From Obrimoposthia wandeli (Eukaryota), in contig CDROCS010006384.1 of NCBI GenBank assembly GCA_977020255.1, forward strand, positions 1-64,000: 64,000 nucleotides of DNA, written 5' to 3'. Both the position numbers and the translations under genes were made by a program. Numbering within the stretch: the first letter of the stretch is position 1; each line of letters starts with the position of its first letter. Below the pieces are notes generated by a model. The model was not told the origin of the DNA and ran no database searches. It worked only from the letters and a program-made list of their open reading frames with translations. Positions 37,775-46,483 of the stretch are shown here, piece after piece.

Positions 37775-38638
37775 CTATTCTATGTTTTGGATCTGCTCGC
37801 GCATTTGTTCGATTAAAACTTTTAACTCTACCGCTGAATTAGTGATATCAGCATTGATAGATTTAGAGCCTAAGGTATTCGCTTCGCGGTTAAACTCTTG
37901 CATCATAAAGTCTAAGCGACGGCCTTGTGCGCCGCCCTTTTTCAAAATGCTGCGGGTTTCTTTTACGTGGCTAAATAGACGGTCAATTTCTTCATCAACA
38001 TCCATTTTTTGTGCGAGTAAGACTAACTCTTGCTCTACGCGTGACGATTCTAGTTCGATGTTAGCATCGGCAAACTTGTCGGTAATGCGTTTACGTTGCC
38101 ATTGAATAATTTCAGGCATGTGGCCTTTAACAATATCGGCTTGTTCGATAATGCCGTCTAAACGCTGTTCGATAAGTGCTTTCATATTGCCACCTTCATC
38201 AGCGCGGGCAACAATAAAGTCTTCTAGTGCTTGGTCAAAACCGGCAAGAATTTCAGCTTGAATAGCGTTCATGTCTGACTCTTCGGCTTCCATTACGCCA
38301 GGCCAGCGCATGATTTCTAGTGGGTTAATTTGGCTATTCAGCGTTTGCTCATTGATCCAATTTGCATGTTTAAGCAAATTCTCTGCGAGTGCTGTATTCA
38401 TCGACAAATTGCTTTTTTCGCCTGGGTTAGCATTGAAGCGTAAATTACATTCAACCTTGCCACGATTAAGCTGCTTGCGAAAGCGCTCACGCAGTACAGG
38501 TTCAATGCTACGAAATTGCTCAGGTAATCGAAAATAAGTTTCGAGAAAACGTTGATTAACGCTACGAATTTCCCATACCGCATTGCCCCAGTCGCCCTTT
38601 ATTTCGTGGCGCGAGAATGCTGTCATGCTATGGATCAT
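37775..38638 (-). CDS. yicC: YicC/YloC family endoribonuclease
   Basis: MIHSMTAF, EIRSVNQRFLE, RGKVEC, GRRLDFMMQEFNREANTLGSKS, EQMREQIQNIE end. Confidence 0.95.
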   Translation of the reverse strand: MIHSMTAFSRHEIKGDWGNAVWEIRSVNQRFLETYFRLPEQFRSIEPVLRERFRKQLNRGKVECNLRFNANPGEKSNLSMNTALAENLLKHANWINEQTLNSQINPLEIMRWPGVMEAEESDMNAIQAEILAGFDQALEDFIVARADEGGNMKALIEQRLDGIIEQADIVKGHMPEIIQWQRKRITDKFADANIELESSRVEQELVLLAQKMDVDEEIDRLFSHVKETRSILKKGGAQGRRLDFMMQEFNREANTLGSKSINADITNSAVELKVLIEQMREQIQNIE

Positions 38639-38754
38639 AAAATTGTCCAAATATTTAAAGTTGATATTGTAATGAATTATGCCCTAGCTAATATTTGGTA
38701 TCTACTTTAATAGCGGGAAAGTGGCGAGATTATGCGGCGATAATCTCGCTGTAT

Positions 38755-40479
38755 TTAAGCATTTGCTTGTTGCCAGCGCGCTTTAATGTGGTCAGCAACT
38801 CGAAACGAGTTTGCGTAAATAGTAAAGGTGTAAGGCACACTGCCGCCTGTTGGCATAAACGAGGCGTCGGTCACAAAAAGATTTTCAACTTCATGCGCTT
38901 GACAGTTTTTATTTAGTACTGAGGTTTTAGGATCGTTACCAAAACGACAGCCACCGGCCATTAAGTTTGAGGCTGGTGCGCTGCTCACCGATGATGTGAT
39001 GTTTGTTGCGCCCATTTCACCTAACAGTTTTTCCGCCTTTTCCGCTAAATATTCACCCACATCTAAGTCGTGATTATGCGCACCAATGCGTATTTTAGCG
39101 ACAGGGTCATTCCACTTATCCGTGACTTCATCATCTAAGCTGACAAAACAGTCATCTGTGGGTAACCAGTCGTTAAACACTTCAAAACGTAAGGTTTTAT
39201 AAGTAGTGAATTCAGTTTTCATGCTTTGTTTAAGTGCTTCACCCCATAAGAGTTTTTCACTGTCTTGGCTAGCGTCGTATTGCCATTTTGTACTTTGAGC
39301 ACGTGAAATTGGGTTTTGATAAAACAAGAAGTCTATTGTGCCGCCCTTGGCTTTACCCTCGCGATTAAAACCGGTAAAGGCTTTATCGTCAATTTGATAC
39401 CAATCTTGTAAAGCGCGATTAATGAATGGGCCAACTTGTTTTAATTGCGCCTGTTTTTCTGTGGTTAAATCTTTATAAAAGAAGTCACCACGGCCTGTGC
39501 CACCGCCGCTGAAAATTAAGTTTTTACCAACGTGTCCTGAATTATTAGCTAAACCATTAGGAAATTTTTCGCCTTTAGAAGCAAGTAATAAACGAGAGGT
39601 TTCAACTGCTTGGCACGCTACAACGTAATATTTTGCTTGCACGCTATGTTCGCGACCGGCTTGGTCATAATAATGCACACCAGAGATTTCACCTTTACTG
39701 TCGGTGGCAATTTTGTAAACTTTCGCATGTGGCTTTATCGTGCAATTGCCTGTCGCAACAGCATGATTTAATAATGCTGCTCGGCCGCTGCCTTTCGCGC
39801 CAGAGGCACAACCATAACTGCTACAGTAACCTGAATATTCGCAGCTATTTCGGCCCATAGCCGGTTGTGACAATATAGCGCGTGGCACCGGCACTGCATG
39901 GTAACCAATTGCTTTCGAACTTTGGTCGATCCACGAAGAAATAGCGTGTTCTGCTACTGGTGGGTAAGGAAAATCTGTTGAGCGCGGCTCTTGATGTGGA
40001 TGCTCTGTCACTCTGCCAGATACGCCAACAACTTTTTCAACCATGGCATAGTAAGGCTCTAGCTCGTCGTAACTGATCGGCCAATCTTCAACATTAGCCC
40101 CTTCAATAGCACCAAATTCTGTTTTTAAACGAAAATCGACTGGCTTTAAACGATGAAAGTAACCGCTCATAAAGTTTGACGAGCCACCAACAACGGTGCC
40201 GTTCCAAAAACTCCAGCCCGACTCACTTGTCGCTTCGCCGTCCCAGAAGGTTTCGCCTGCTTCGTTAATGTATTCTTCTTCGATAACGTGTTGTTCATCT
40301 TCAAGTTTTGGGTTGTAAACATCACGTAAGCTGATGGCTAATTCATCTTTATAGAATTCTTTTTCAGTTAGCCAAGCGCCTTTTTCTAACACTAAAACTT
40401 TTGCGCCTGCTTCTGCTAAGGTGTAAGCCACTGGAGATGCGCCTGCGCCACTGCCCACTATACAAATATCATATTTCAT
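38755..40479 (-). CDS. GMC-family FAD oxidoreductase with Cys-rich Fe-S motif
   Basis: IVGSGAGA FAD motif, LEKG, VGGSS, CEYSGYCSSYGC, NLFVTDASFMPT. Confidence 0.9.
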   Translation of the reverse strand: MKYDICIVGSGAGASPVAYTLAEAGAKVLVLEKGAWLTEKEFYKDELAISLRDVYNPKLEDEQHVIEEEYINEAGETFWDGEATSESGWSFWNGTVVGGSSNFMSGYFHRLKPVDFRLKTEFGAIEGANVEDWPISYDELEPYYAMVEKVVGVSGRVTEHPHQEPRSTDFPYPPVAEHAISSWIDQSSKAIGYHAVPVPRAILSQPAMGRNSCEYSGYCSSYGCASGAKGSGRAALLNHAVATGNCTIKPHAKVYKIATDSKGEISGVHYYDQAGREHSVQAKYYVVACQAVETSRLLLASKGEKFPNGLANNSGHVGKNLIFSGGGTGRGDFFYKDLTTEKQAQLKQVGPFINRALQDWYQIDDKAFTGFNREGKAKGGTIDFLFYQNPISRAQSTKWQYDASQDSEKLLWGEALKQSMKTEFTTYKTLRFEVFNDWLPTDDCFVSLDDEVTDKWNDPVAKIRIGAHNHDLDVGEYLAEKAEKLLGEMGATNITSSVSSAPASNLMAGGCRFGNDPKTSVLNKNCQAHEVENLFVTDASFMPTGGSVPYTFTIYANSFRVADHIKARWQQANA

Positions 40480-41276
40480 GCTTTTCGAGTTCCTATTTGC
40501 TTGCGAGTATATTGCTGGTGACTTACCACCTCAGTGCTTGTTACATTTGAAAGCGCTGCTTTATTATTTTTTGTAATCGCTTGCTGGCCCGGTAATTCGT
40601 AATAGCGCTTACCTGCTGGTGGCAGCGGAAAACCGGCTTGATGATCTAACCACTGCCAACCTATGCCATTAGGGTTGCCGCCATAGCTAGGGGGCGTCAG
40701 CATAGCTTCGAAAATGTAACCTACTAAGTTACTTAACCAGTTTTCACCTGCGGTAGATTTACTAATCGTTTGTAAGGTATTTTCTTTTTCATCGAAAGTT
40801 AACGCGACAAAATTTTTCTGTAATTGACTGTTACTAAAACCATTTAACCAACCAACGCCCTTATAAATAAATTCAATTTCGCTATCATCAGTCGGTTGTT
40901 GAAACACAATATTATAGAGATATTGACTGGCTTGAATTTCTTTCGCACTTGGGCCTGTTGGTGATGCCGGTAGTAAATGGTCAAGCACTGCATTTAGCGT
41001 CAGCCATGGGTCGGTTTTTAACACTTGGCTGAACTGATCGTTAGCTAATGCAGACCACGCTCGCATTGGCATGGCAGCAACCATAGTCGCTCCTGCTGCA
41101 GATTTTAATGCGCTACGGCGCGATATTTTCTTTTGTAGCCATTTAGGTGTTTGAAAATTATTATCAAAAAATGAATTTACTGGCGACACGGCTTTGCCAA
41201 GTGTTTTATGTCGAGCGACTTTATTTGAAGTCAAAGGTTTAACCTTTTGCACTTGTATCATCAGTATTTTCCTCAT
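40476..41276 (-). CDS. Gluconate 2-dehydrogenase subunit 3-family protein (Tat substrate)
   Basis: SRRSALK twin-arginine motif, PSYGGNPNGIGWQWL; true start probably downstream of 41276. Confidence 0.85.
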   Translation of the reverse strand: MRKILMIQVQKVKPLTSNKVARHKTLGKAVSPVNSFFDNNFQTPKWLQKKISRRSALKSAAGATMVAAMPMRAWSALANDQFSQVLKTDPWLTLNAVLDHLLPASPTGPSAKEIQASQYLYNIVFQQPTDDSEIEFIYKGVGWLNGFSNSQLQKNFVALTFDEKENTLQTISKSTAGENWLSNLVGYIFEAMLTPPSYGGNPNGIGWQWLDHQAGFPLPPAGKRYYELPGQQAITKNNKAALSNVTSTEVVSHQQYTRKQIGTRKA

Positions 41277-41787
41277 TATTTGTTACCTGCCATTTCGCTA
41301 AAAATGTCAGCCAGTACTCTGTGGAATACTCTAAATTATTAAGTAATTCTGCAGTATCTTTTGACAATAACATGGTGCCAGTATTCGTTGACACATACAT
41401 ATGTGGGTAACCTTGCACTGGTGGCAACGATTTCATAAAAGCTTCGTTCTCATTGCTGTCACTGACACTAATTTTTAGCAAGACGTACTTATCATGTAAT
41501 TCTTGATAAACTTTTGGATTATCTGCCAAAAATGCGTCCATCTTATGGCACCAAGTACACCAGTTTCCGCCAATTTCAATTAATACATTACGATTAGTTT
41601 TTTGCGCTAATGCAATAGCAGCTTGCGCGTCTTTAAACGGATCTCGCTTATCATCATATATTTTACTATACAGCGGTAAGTCTTTTGCTGATTCTATTGT
41701 AGACGGGTATGTCGACTGTTGTGCTTTGGCTTGGCTAATCATTAACAAACTTGATAAAAATAACACGATAAACAACTGAAATTTCAT
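41239..41787 (-). CDS. Exported thioredoxin-family protein
   Basis: Signal peptide, YDDKRDP, GGNWCTWC, GYPH. Confidence 0.88.
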   Translation of the reverse strand: MKFQLFIVLFLSSLLMISQAKAQQSTYPSTIESAKDLPLYSKIYDDKRDPFKDAQAAIALAQKTNRNVLIEIGGNWCTWCHKMDAFLADNPKVYQELHDKYVLLKISVSDSNENEAFMKSLPPVQGYPHMYVSTNTGTMLLSKDTAELLNNLEYSTEYWLTFLAKWQVTNNEENTDDTSAKG

Positions 41788-41954
41788 AAATACTCTCTAT
41801 TTCGATGGCATTCAATGTCGGCTAACGACAAGTACTCAATAGAATGACCTTATTTTAATTAACTATATTTCAAAATACTTGATACGTCATTATGTCAAAT
41901 TGCTATACGAACGATTATAATGCGCAGCAATTATACTACGATAGGAAATTCAAC

Positions 41955-42668
41955 ATGCGTCCAAGCGGCCGAACTTTAGGACAAATACGTCCTGTAACCA
42001 TTACTCGTCAATTTACAGCTCATGCAGAAGGCTCAGTGCTTATTGAGTTTGGTGATACCAAAGTTATATGTACTGCAACGGTTGAGACTGGCGTACCGCG
42101 CTTTTTGAAAGGCCAAGGTAAAGGTTGGATTACTGCTGAATATGGCATGCTGCCTCGCTCTACTCACACGCGTATGCGTCGTGAAGCAGCTAACGGTAAA
42201 CAAAGTGGCCGTACGTTGGAAATTTCTCGTTTAATCGCCCGTTCATTGCGTGCAGCAGTAGATTTAGTCGCACTGGGTGAGAATACTATTACGATTGATT
42301 GTGATGTTATTCAAGCTGACGGTGGTACTCGTACCGCATCAATTACTGGCGCTTGTGTCGCTTTGGTTGACGCGTTAAACCATATGCGTGCTAAAGGCAT
42401 AATCAATAATAATCCGCTTAAGCACATGATTGCTGCTGTTTCTGTTGGTATGTATAAAGGTGAAGCGGTTTCTGATTTAGATTACCTTGAAGATTCTTCA
42501 GCCGATACTGATATGAATGTTGTTATGACTGAAACAGGTAAATTAATTGAAGTACAAGGTACAGCTGAAGAAGAGCCTTTCAGCTTTGACGAGATGCAAG
42601 AAATGCTTATGCTAGCTAAAAACAGCATTAACGAACTATTTGACATCCAAAAAGCCGCGTTAAACTAA
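41955..42668 (+). CDS. rph: Ribonuclease PH
   Basis: MRPSGR start at 41955, [45 protein letters not shown]. Confidence 0.97.
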   Translation: MRPSGRTLGQIRPVTITRQFTAHAEGSVLIEFGDTKVICTATVETGVPRFLKGQGKGWITAEYGMLPRSTHTRMRREAANGKQSGRTLEISRLIARSLRAAVDLVALGENTITIDCDVIQADGGTRTASITGACVALVDALNHMRAKGIINNNPLKHMIAAVSVGMYKGEAVSDLDYLEDSSADTDMNVVMTETGKLIEVQGTAEEEPFSFDEMQEMLMLAKNSINELFDIQKAALN

Positions 42669-42686
42669 GCCACTAATTAGGAGCTA

Positions 42687-43331
42687 ATGATGAAAGATTA
42701 CCAACGTGAATTTATCGAGTTTGCTTTATCTAAACAAGTGTTACGTTTTGGCGAATTTACTTTAAAGTCAGGCCGCACTAGTCCTTACTTTTTCAATGCA
42801 GGTTTATTTAATACTGGCCGTGATTTAGCCCGCTTAGGTCGCTTTTACGCTGCTGCATTGCAAGATTCTGGCATTGATTACAACTTGTTGTTTGGCCCTG
42901 CCTATAAAGGTATTCCAATTGCGACAACTACAGCAGTAGCACTAGCCGATAGCTACGATATTGACATGCCTTATTGCTTTAACCGCAAAGAAGCAAAAAC
43001 ACACGGTGAAGGTGGTAGCCTAGTAGGCTCAGCACTTGAAGGTAAAGTCATGCTAGTGGATGACGTGATCACCGCAGGTACTGCCATTCGTGAGTCGATG
43101 GAGATTATTCAAGCCCACGGCGCAGAGCTCTCAGGTGTATTAATCGCTTTAGACCGACAAGAAAAAGGCAAAGCTGAACTTTCTGCTATTCAAGAAGTAG
43201 AGCGTGATTTTAATACCAAAGTAATTTCTATTGTTACACTCGCTGATTTGATCACTTATTTACAAGAGAAACCAGATATGGCTGATAGCTTAGAGAGCAT
43301 TAAAAAGTACCGTGAGAGTTACGGTATTTAG
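42687..43331 (+). CDS. pyrE: Orotate phosphoribosyltransferase
   Basis: [43 protein letters not shown]. Confidence 0.97.
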   Translation: MMKDYQREFIEFALSKQVLRFGEFTLKSGRTSPYFFNAGLFNTGRDLARLGRFYAAALQDSGIDYNLLFGPAYKGIPIATTTAVALADSYDIDMPYCFNRKEAKTHGEGGSLVGSALEGKVMLVDDVITAGTAIRESMEIIQAHGAELSGVLIALDRQEKGKAELSAIQEVERDFNTKVISIVTLADLITYLQEKPDMADSLESIKKYRESYGI

Positions 43332-43380
43332 TATATTTTAAGTGACACTTGAAATGAAATAATAGATACAACTAAACTTA

Positions 43381-43406
43381 AAAAGCCTGCAATTGCAGGC
43401 TTTTTT
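43381..43406. terminator. Bidirectional terminator
   Basis: AAAAGCCTGCAATTGCAGGCTTTT perfect palindrome between convergent genes. Confidence 0.85.
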
Positions 43407-43452
43407 GTTATTGAGTATATTAATTCGATAGTAGGCTATACGGCCAAACTCG

Positions 43453-44454
43453 CTAGGCGGTGAGTTCGAATTGATGGCTTGGCTGTTTTTCATAAGCGTG
43501 ATTAATCGTTGAATAAAACTGTTCGATACGACCCGCTCTTTCATTCACTGCATTCCCTCGGCTTGGTGCTATTGCTTCTTGTGATGATAACGTTTGCTGT
43601 ATTTGACTATCGAATGCTTTACTACTTTCATTACTTTCAAAGCTATCATCACCTTTTGCCAAAACCTCTTTATCACGAAATAAATTGCCTATTTCTGGTT
43701 TCGACTCAGAACTTTCAGCACTTGCCGTAATTAAATCTGCTTGCGCTTCGACGATAATACTTGAAGCTGACGCGGCCACACGGGTGTCTTGTGCTGACGG
43801 GCTAGCAGGAGCAAGCGCTGCGGCTTGTACTCGTTTCATCTTAGCAATAGTTTCTTTAGGGTCACCCGAAACAGGTGTTAAGTCGACAGAGACTTCACCC
43901 TCAACAGCATATTTTTTACCGTTAGGACCTATTTCAAAAGAGTATGAAGGAGATCCCGTAAATGCTCCCCCTACTGCCGCATGAGCCATTTCGTGAGTAC
44001 GTACTTCTTTATCACGACTTTCTAAACTTCTAATTTCTTGTGTTTCAGCAAAGATTTCTGCATCAGATTTTTTCTCAACACCTGGCTTTTCTTGTTCTTC
44101 AGCTAATTCCGAGCCATTACTATTTTGTTCATTATTTTCATTGCCAGCGCCTGGTGAAGTGCCTTGTTGTGAGTCTTGCGACGAACCATCACTGCCGCTA
44201 GAGCCACCATTAATTGATGCGCTCGCTTGCTCTGCTTGCTTACGCAAGCTGGCAAAGTCGACTTGTTCATTATTTTGAGCTGGTGTACGGCCACGCTCTT
44301 TGTCTGATGCAACGCCTTTTTCACCCGCTGACTGGTTTGAAGCCTCAGGTTTGGCAATAACTTCTCGTTGCTGGTTATCACGACGCAAGCTGTCCGTCTG
44401 CAGATTAACTGCAGTTTGTATCGGAAGGGTATATGCTTGCGGAGTGATATTCAT
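43453..44454 (-). CDS. SprA/SrpA-related (CJM1_0395-like) putative metalloprotease-family protein
   Basis: DKEVRTHEMAH, GPNGKKYAVEGEV, AALAPASPSAQD motifs; low-complexity linker. Confidence 0.8.
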   Translation of the reverse strand: MNITPQAYTLPIQTAVNLQTDSLRRDNQQREVIAKPEASNQSAGEKGVASDKERGRTPAQNNEQVDFASLRKQAEQASASINGGSSGSDGSSQDSQQGTSPGAGNENNEQNSNGSELAEEQEKPGVEKKSDAEIFAETQEIRSLESRDKEVRTHEMAHAAVGGAFTGSPSYSFEIGPNGKKYAVEGEVSVDLTPVSGDPKETIAKMKRVQAAALAPASPSAQDTRVAASASSIIVEAQADLITASAESSESKPEIGNLFRDKEVLAKGDDSFESNESSKAFDSQIQQTLSSQEAIAPSRGNAVNERAGRIEQFYSTINHAYEKQPSHQFELTA

Positions 44455-44460
44455 GCTAAA

Positions 44461-44751
44461 TTAAACTCGAACGTCAATTAACGTACCTAGGTTTTCATCT
44501 GCAGACTTAATAACCTCAGCAGATGATTGCGCTTGGACTTCTGCAACACGTAAGTTAACAATTGATTCTGTTAAACCATTAGGTGCATTAACTGCAGAAG
44601 TTTGACTAGCTGCGTTGCTAGTTGCAGGTTCTACGTTAGTTTCATTATCCGCAAGTGTACTACGTGCGATATCACTCGCCGCTTGGTTAGCACCCTCGGT
44701 CGCTTTTTGAAAACCTTGCACGCCAGCATTAAAAGCTGATTGTATTTCCAT
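44461..44751 (-). CDS. Small protein with flagellar rod/hook C-terminal-like segment
   Basis: MEIQSAFNAGVQGF start, SAEVIKSADENLGTLIDVRV end. Confidence 0.7.
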   Translation of the reverse strand: MEIQSAFNAGVQGFQKATEGANQAASDIARSTLADNETNVEPATSNAASQTSAVNAPNGLTESIVNLRVAEVQAQSSAEVIKSADENLGTLIDVRV

Positions 44752-44853
44752 AATCTTCTCCTGAAGATATATATTTATCGCGAAGCCAATAACAAATATA
44801 TCAGTGTGAACTTATGGTTAATTATTAACCAAAACCAGTAAAAAGTAAACTAC

Positions 44854-45642
44854 TTAGTCTGTAACAACATGTTCGAGTAACCAAGTTTTCAATGTTACTA
44901 AAAATTCTGTTTGATGAGAGATAAACGGCGCATGTGAAGCTTGCTCAAAAATATGACTCTGGCTATTGGGTGCAAGGCTGTTTATCAAAGGGATAACTTG
45001 TTTAGGTACTAAGCCATCGAGTTTGCCATAAAGTCTTAAAAATGGCTGATTGATAGTCTTAAGTTGCTCAGATAAATTCGATGTTTCAAGTAAACGTAGT
45101 GAGTCATCTAAAACCTGTTGAGTCGGTTGCTCCTGCTGCATAACTAAATCACGAATTTGCTTAATATCTTGCCTAACATGTGGGCTACCCATCGCTTGAA
45201 TTTTCAAAAAATTACTGATTGTTTTTGTTGTATCTTGGGCTAGTTGTTGATGAAACATAGCTAACACACTTTCTTTGATACCCGGCCAATTATTGCACTC
45301 TACAAATTGTGGTGAACTTGCCATAGTGACTAAGCCTAAGGATTTTTCTGGATATTGAATGGCAATTTGACTAGCCACTAATCCACCTAAAGACCAACCT
45401 ACATAAACGGCCGGTTTAGCCACTGCTTTTTGAATACTATCAGCCAACGCTACCAATGAGTATTCGCTAAGTTGATAAGACTTATTGGTCGCAAAACCAG
45501 GTAAATCAACGGTGATAACTTCAAAGTCATCCTGTAACTTGGCGATACAAGGCTTAAATACTGCTGAATTTAAGCCCCAGCCATGAATAAAAACTAAAGG
45601 TACGCCTTGCCCTTGACTCGCAATTTTTAATCTTTCTGCCAT
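44854..45642 (-). CDS. bioH: Pimeloyl-ACP methyl ester carboxylesterase
   Basis: HGWGLNS, DLPGF, GWSLGG, SHAPFISH; likely start MAERL at 45642; divergent from comF. Confidence 0.93.
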   Translation of the reverse strand: MAERLKIASQGQGVPLVFIHGWGLNSAVFKPCIAKLQDDFEVITVDLPGFATNKSYQLSEYSLVALADSIQKAVAKPAVYVGWSLGGLVASQIAIQYPEKSLGLVTMASSPQFVECNNWPGIKESVLAMFHQQLAQDTTKTISNFLKIQAMGSPHVRQDIKQIRDLVMQQEQPTQQVLDDSLRLLETSNLSEQLKTINQPFLRLYGKLDGLVPKQVIPLINSLAPNSQSHIFEQASHAPFISHQTEFLVTLKTWLLEHVVTD

Positions 45643-45699
45643 GCTTTCTTTCATACTACGTGCGCTCAATCTTTGCTGGGTGCATAGTTTAACCAATGG

Positions 45700-46470
45700 A
45701 TGCTGAAAATGGAATTTAGCCGCAAGCACAATAAGGCAGTCGCGTTATATTTAAAGCATATACTCAACCAACATATTAGAAGTTTAAAGCTATTATTTAG
45801 CTGCTGTACTTTATGTGGCAACCCTTGCCAACACCACCCTTTACTCTGTCAATATTGCCAAACTGATTTAGCCTATTTTGATCATGATGTTGTCGGTTAT
45901 AACTTGTTGTCATGGCCAGCGATTAATAAAATTATTCAAACAAAACACTTCGACCACCTGCTGGCTATAGCACCCTATGTCTGGCCATTTAGCACTTGGA
46001 TTGGGCAACTAAAGTATCAATATAAAACAGAGTTAGCCGAGTTACTTGCCTATTTAATGGCTGAGCATTGGCGTCAATATTTACGCATCGAAAGACCAAA
46101 TATCGAGCCAGAAAATTTGGTGGTTCTAGCGGTACCTTTGCATTTAAAAAAATGGCAAGAACGAGGCTTCAATCAAGCACACCTTATAGCTCGGAAATTT
46201 GCGCAAGCTTTTCATTATACTTATCAAATGGATACTATTATTCGTGAAAAATTCACTGAGAATCAGGTAGGTAAATCAGGGGCTGCACGGAGAAAAAATT
46301 TAAAGAACGCTTTTAGAATCGATAACAATGACAGATTACCAACGCATGTTATCTTAATTGATGATGTGGTTACCACTGGCACAACCGCGAACGAAATTTG
46401 TCGGTTACTGAAAAAAAGAGGAGTGCAAAATATTACACTCCTCAGTATTTGCTTAGCACTACCAAACTAA
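45700..46470 (+). CDS. comF: ComF/GntX family amidophosphoribosyltransferase-like protein
   Basis: CxxC..CxxC zinc ribbon, VPLH...RGFNQA, LIDDVVTTGTT. Confidence 0.88.
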   Translation: MLKMEFSRKHNKAVALYLKHILNQHIRSLKLLFSCCTLCGNPCQHHPLLCQYCQTDLAYFDHDVVGYNLLSWPAINKIIQTKHFDHLLAIAPYVWPFSTWIGQLKYQYKTELAELLAYLMAEHWRQYLRIERPNIEPENLVVLAVPLHLKKWQERGFNQAHLIARKFAQAFHYTYQMDTIIREKFTENQVGKSGAARRKNLKNAFRIDNNDRLPTHVILIDDVVTTGTTANEICRLLKKRGVQNITLLSICLALPN

Positions 46471-46483
46471 CTGAGTATCAGTG

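Noticed and set aside
16500-37775. One single prophage or ICE spanning the accessory zone
   Set aside because: No integrase, phage or conjugation genes; core-like yceH and esterase genes at 30.2-31.6 kb split it into at least two hotspots
41892-41954. N-terminal extension of rph
   Set aside because: The conserved start MRPSGR at 41955 has an AGGAA RBS
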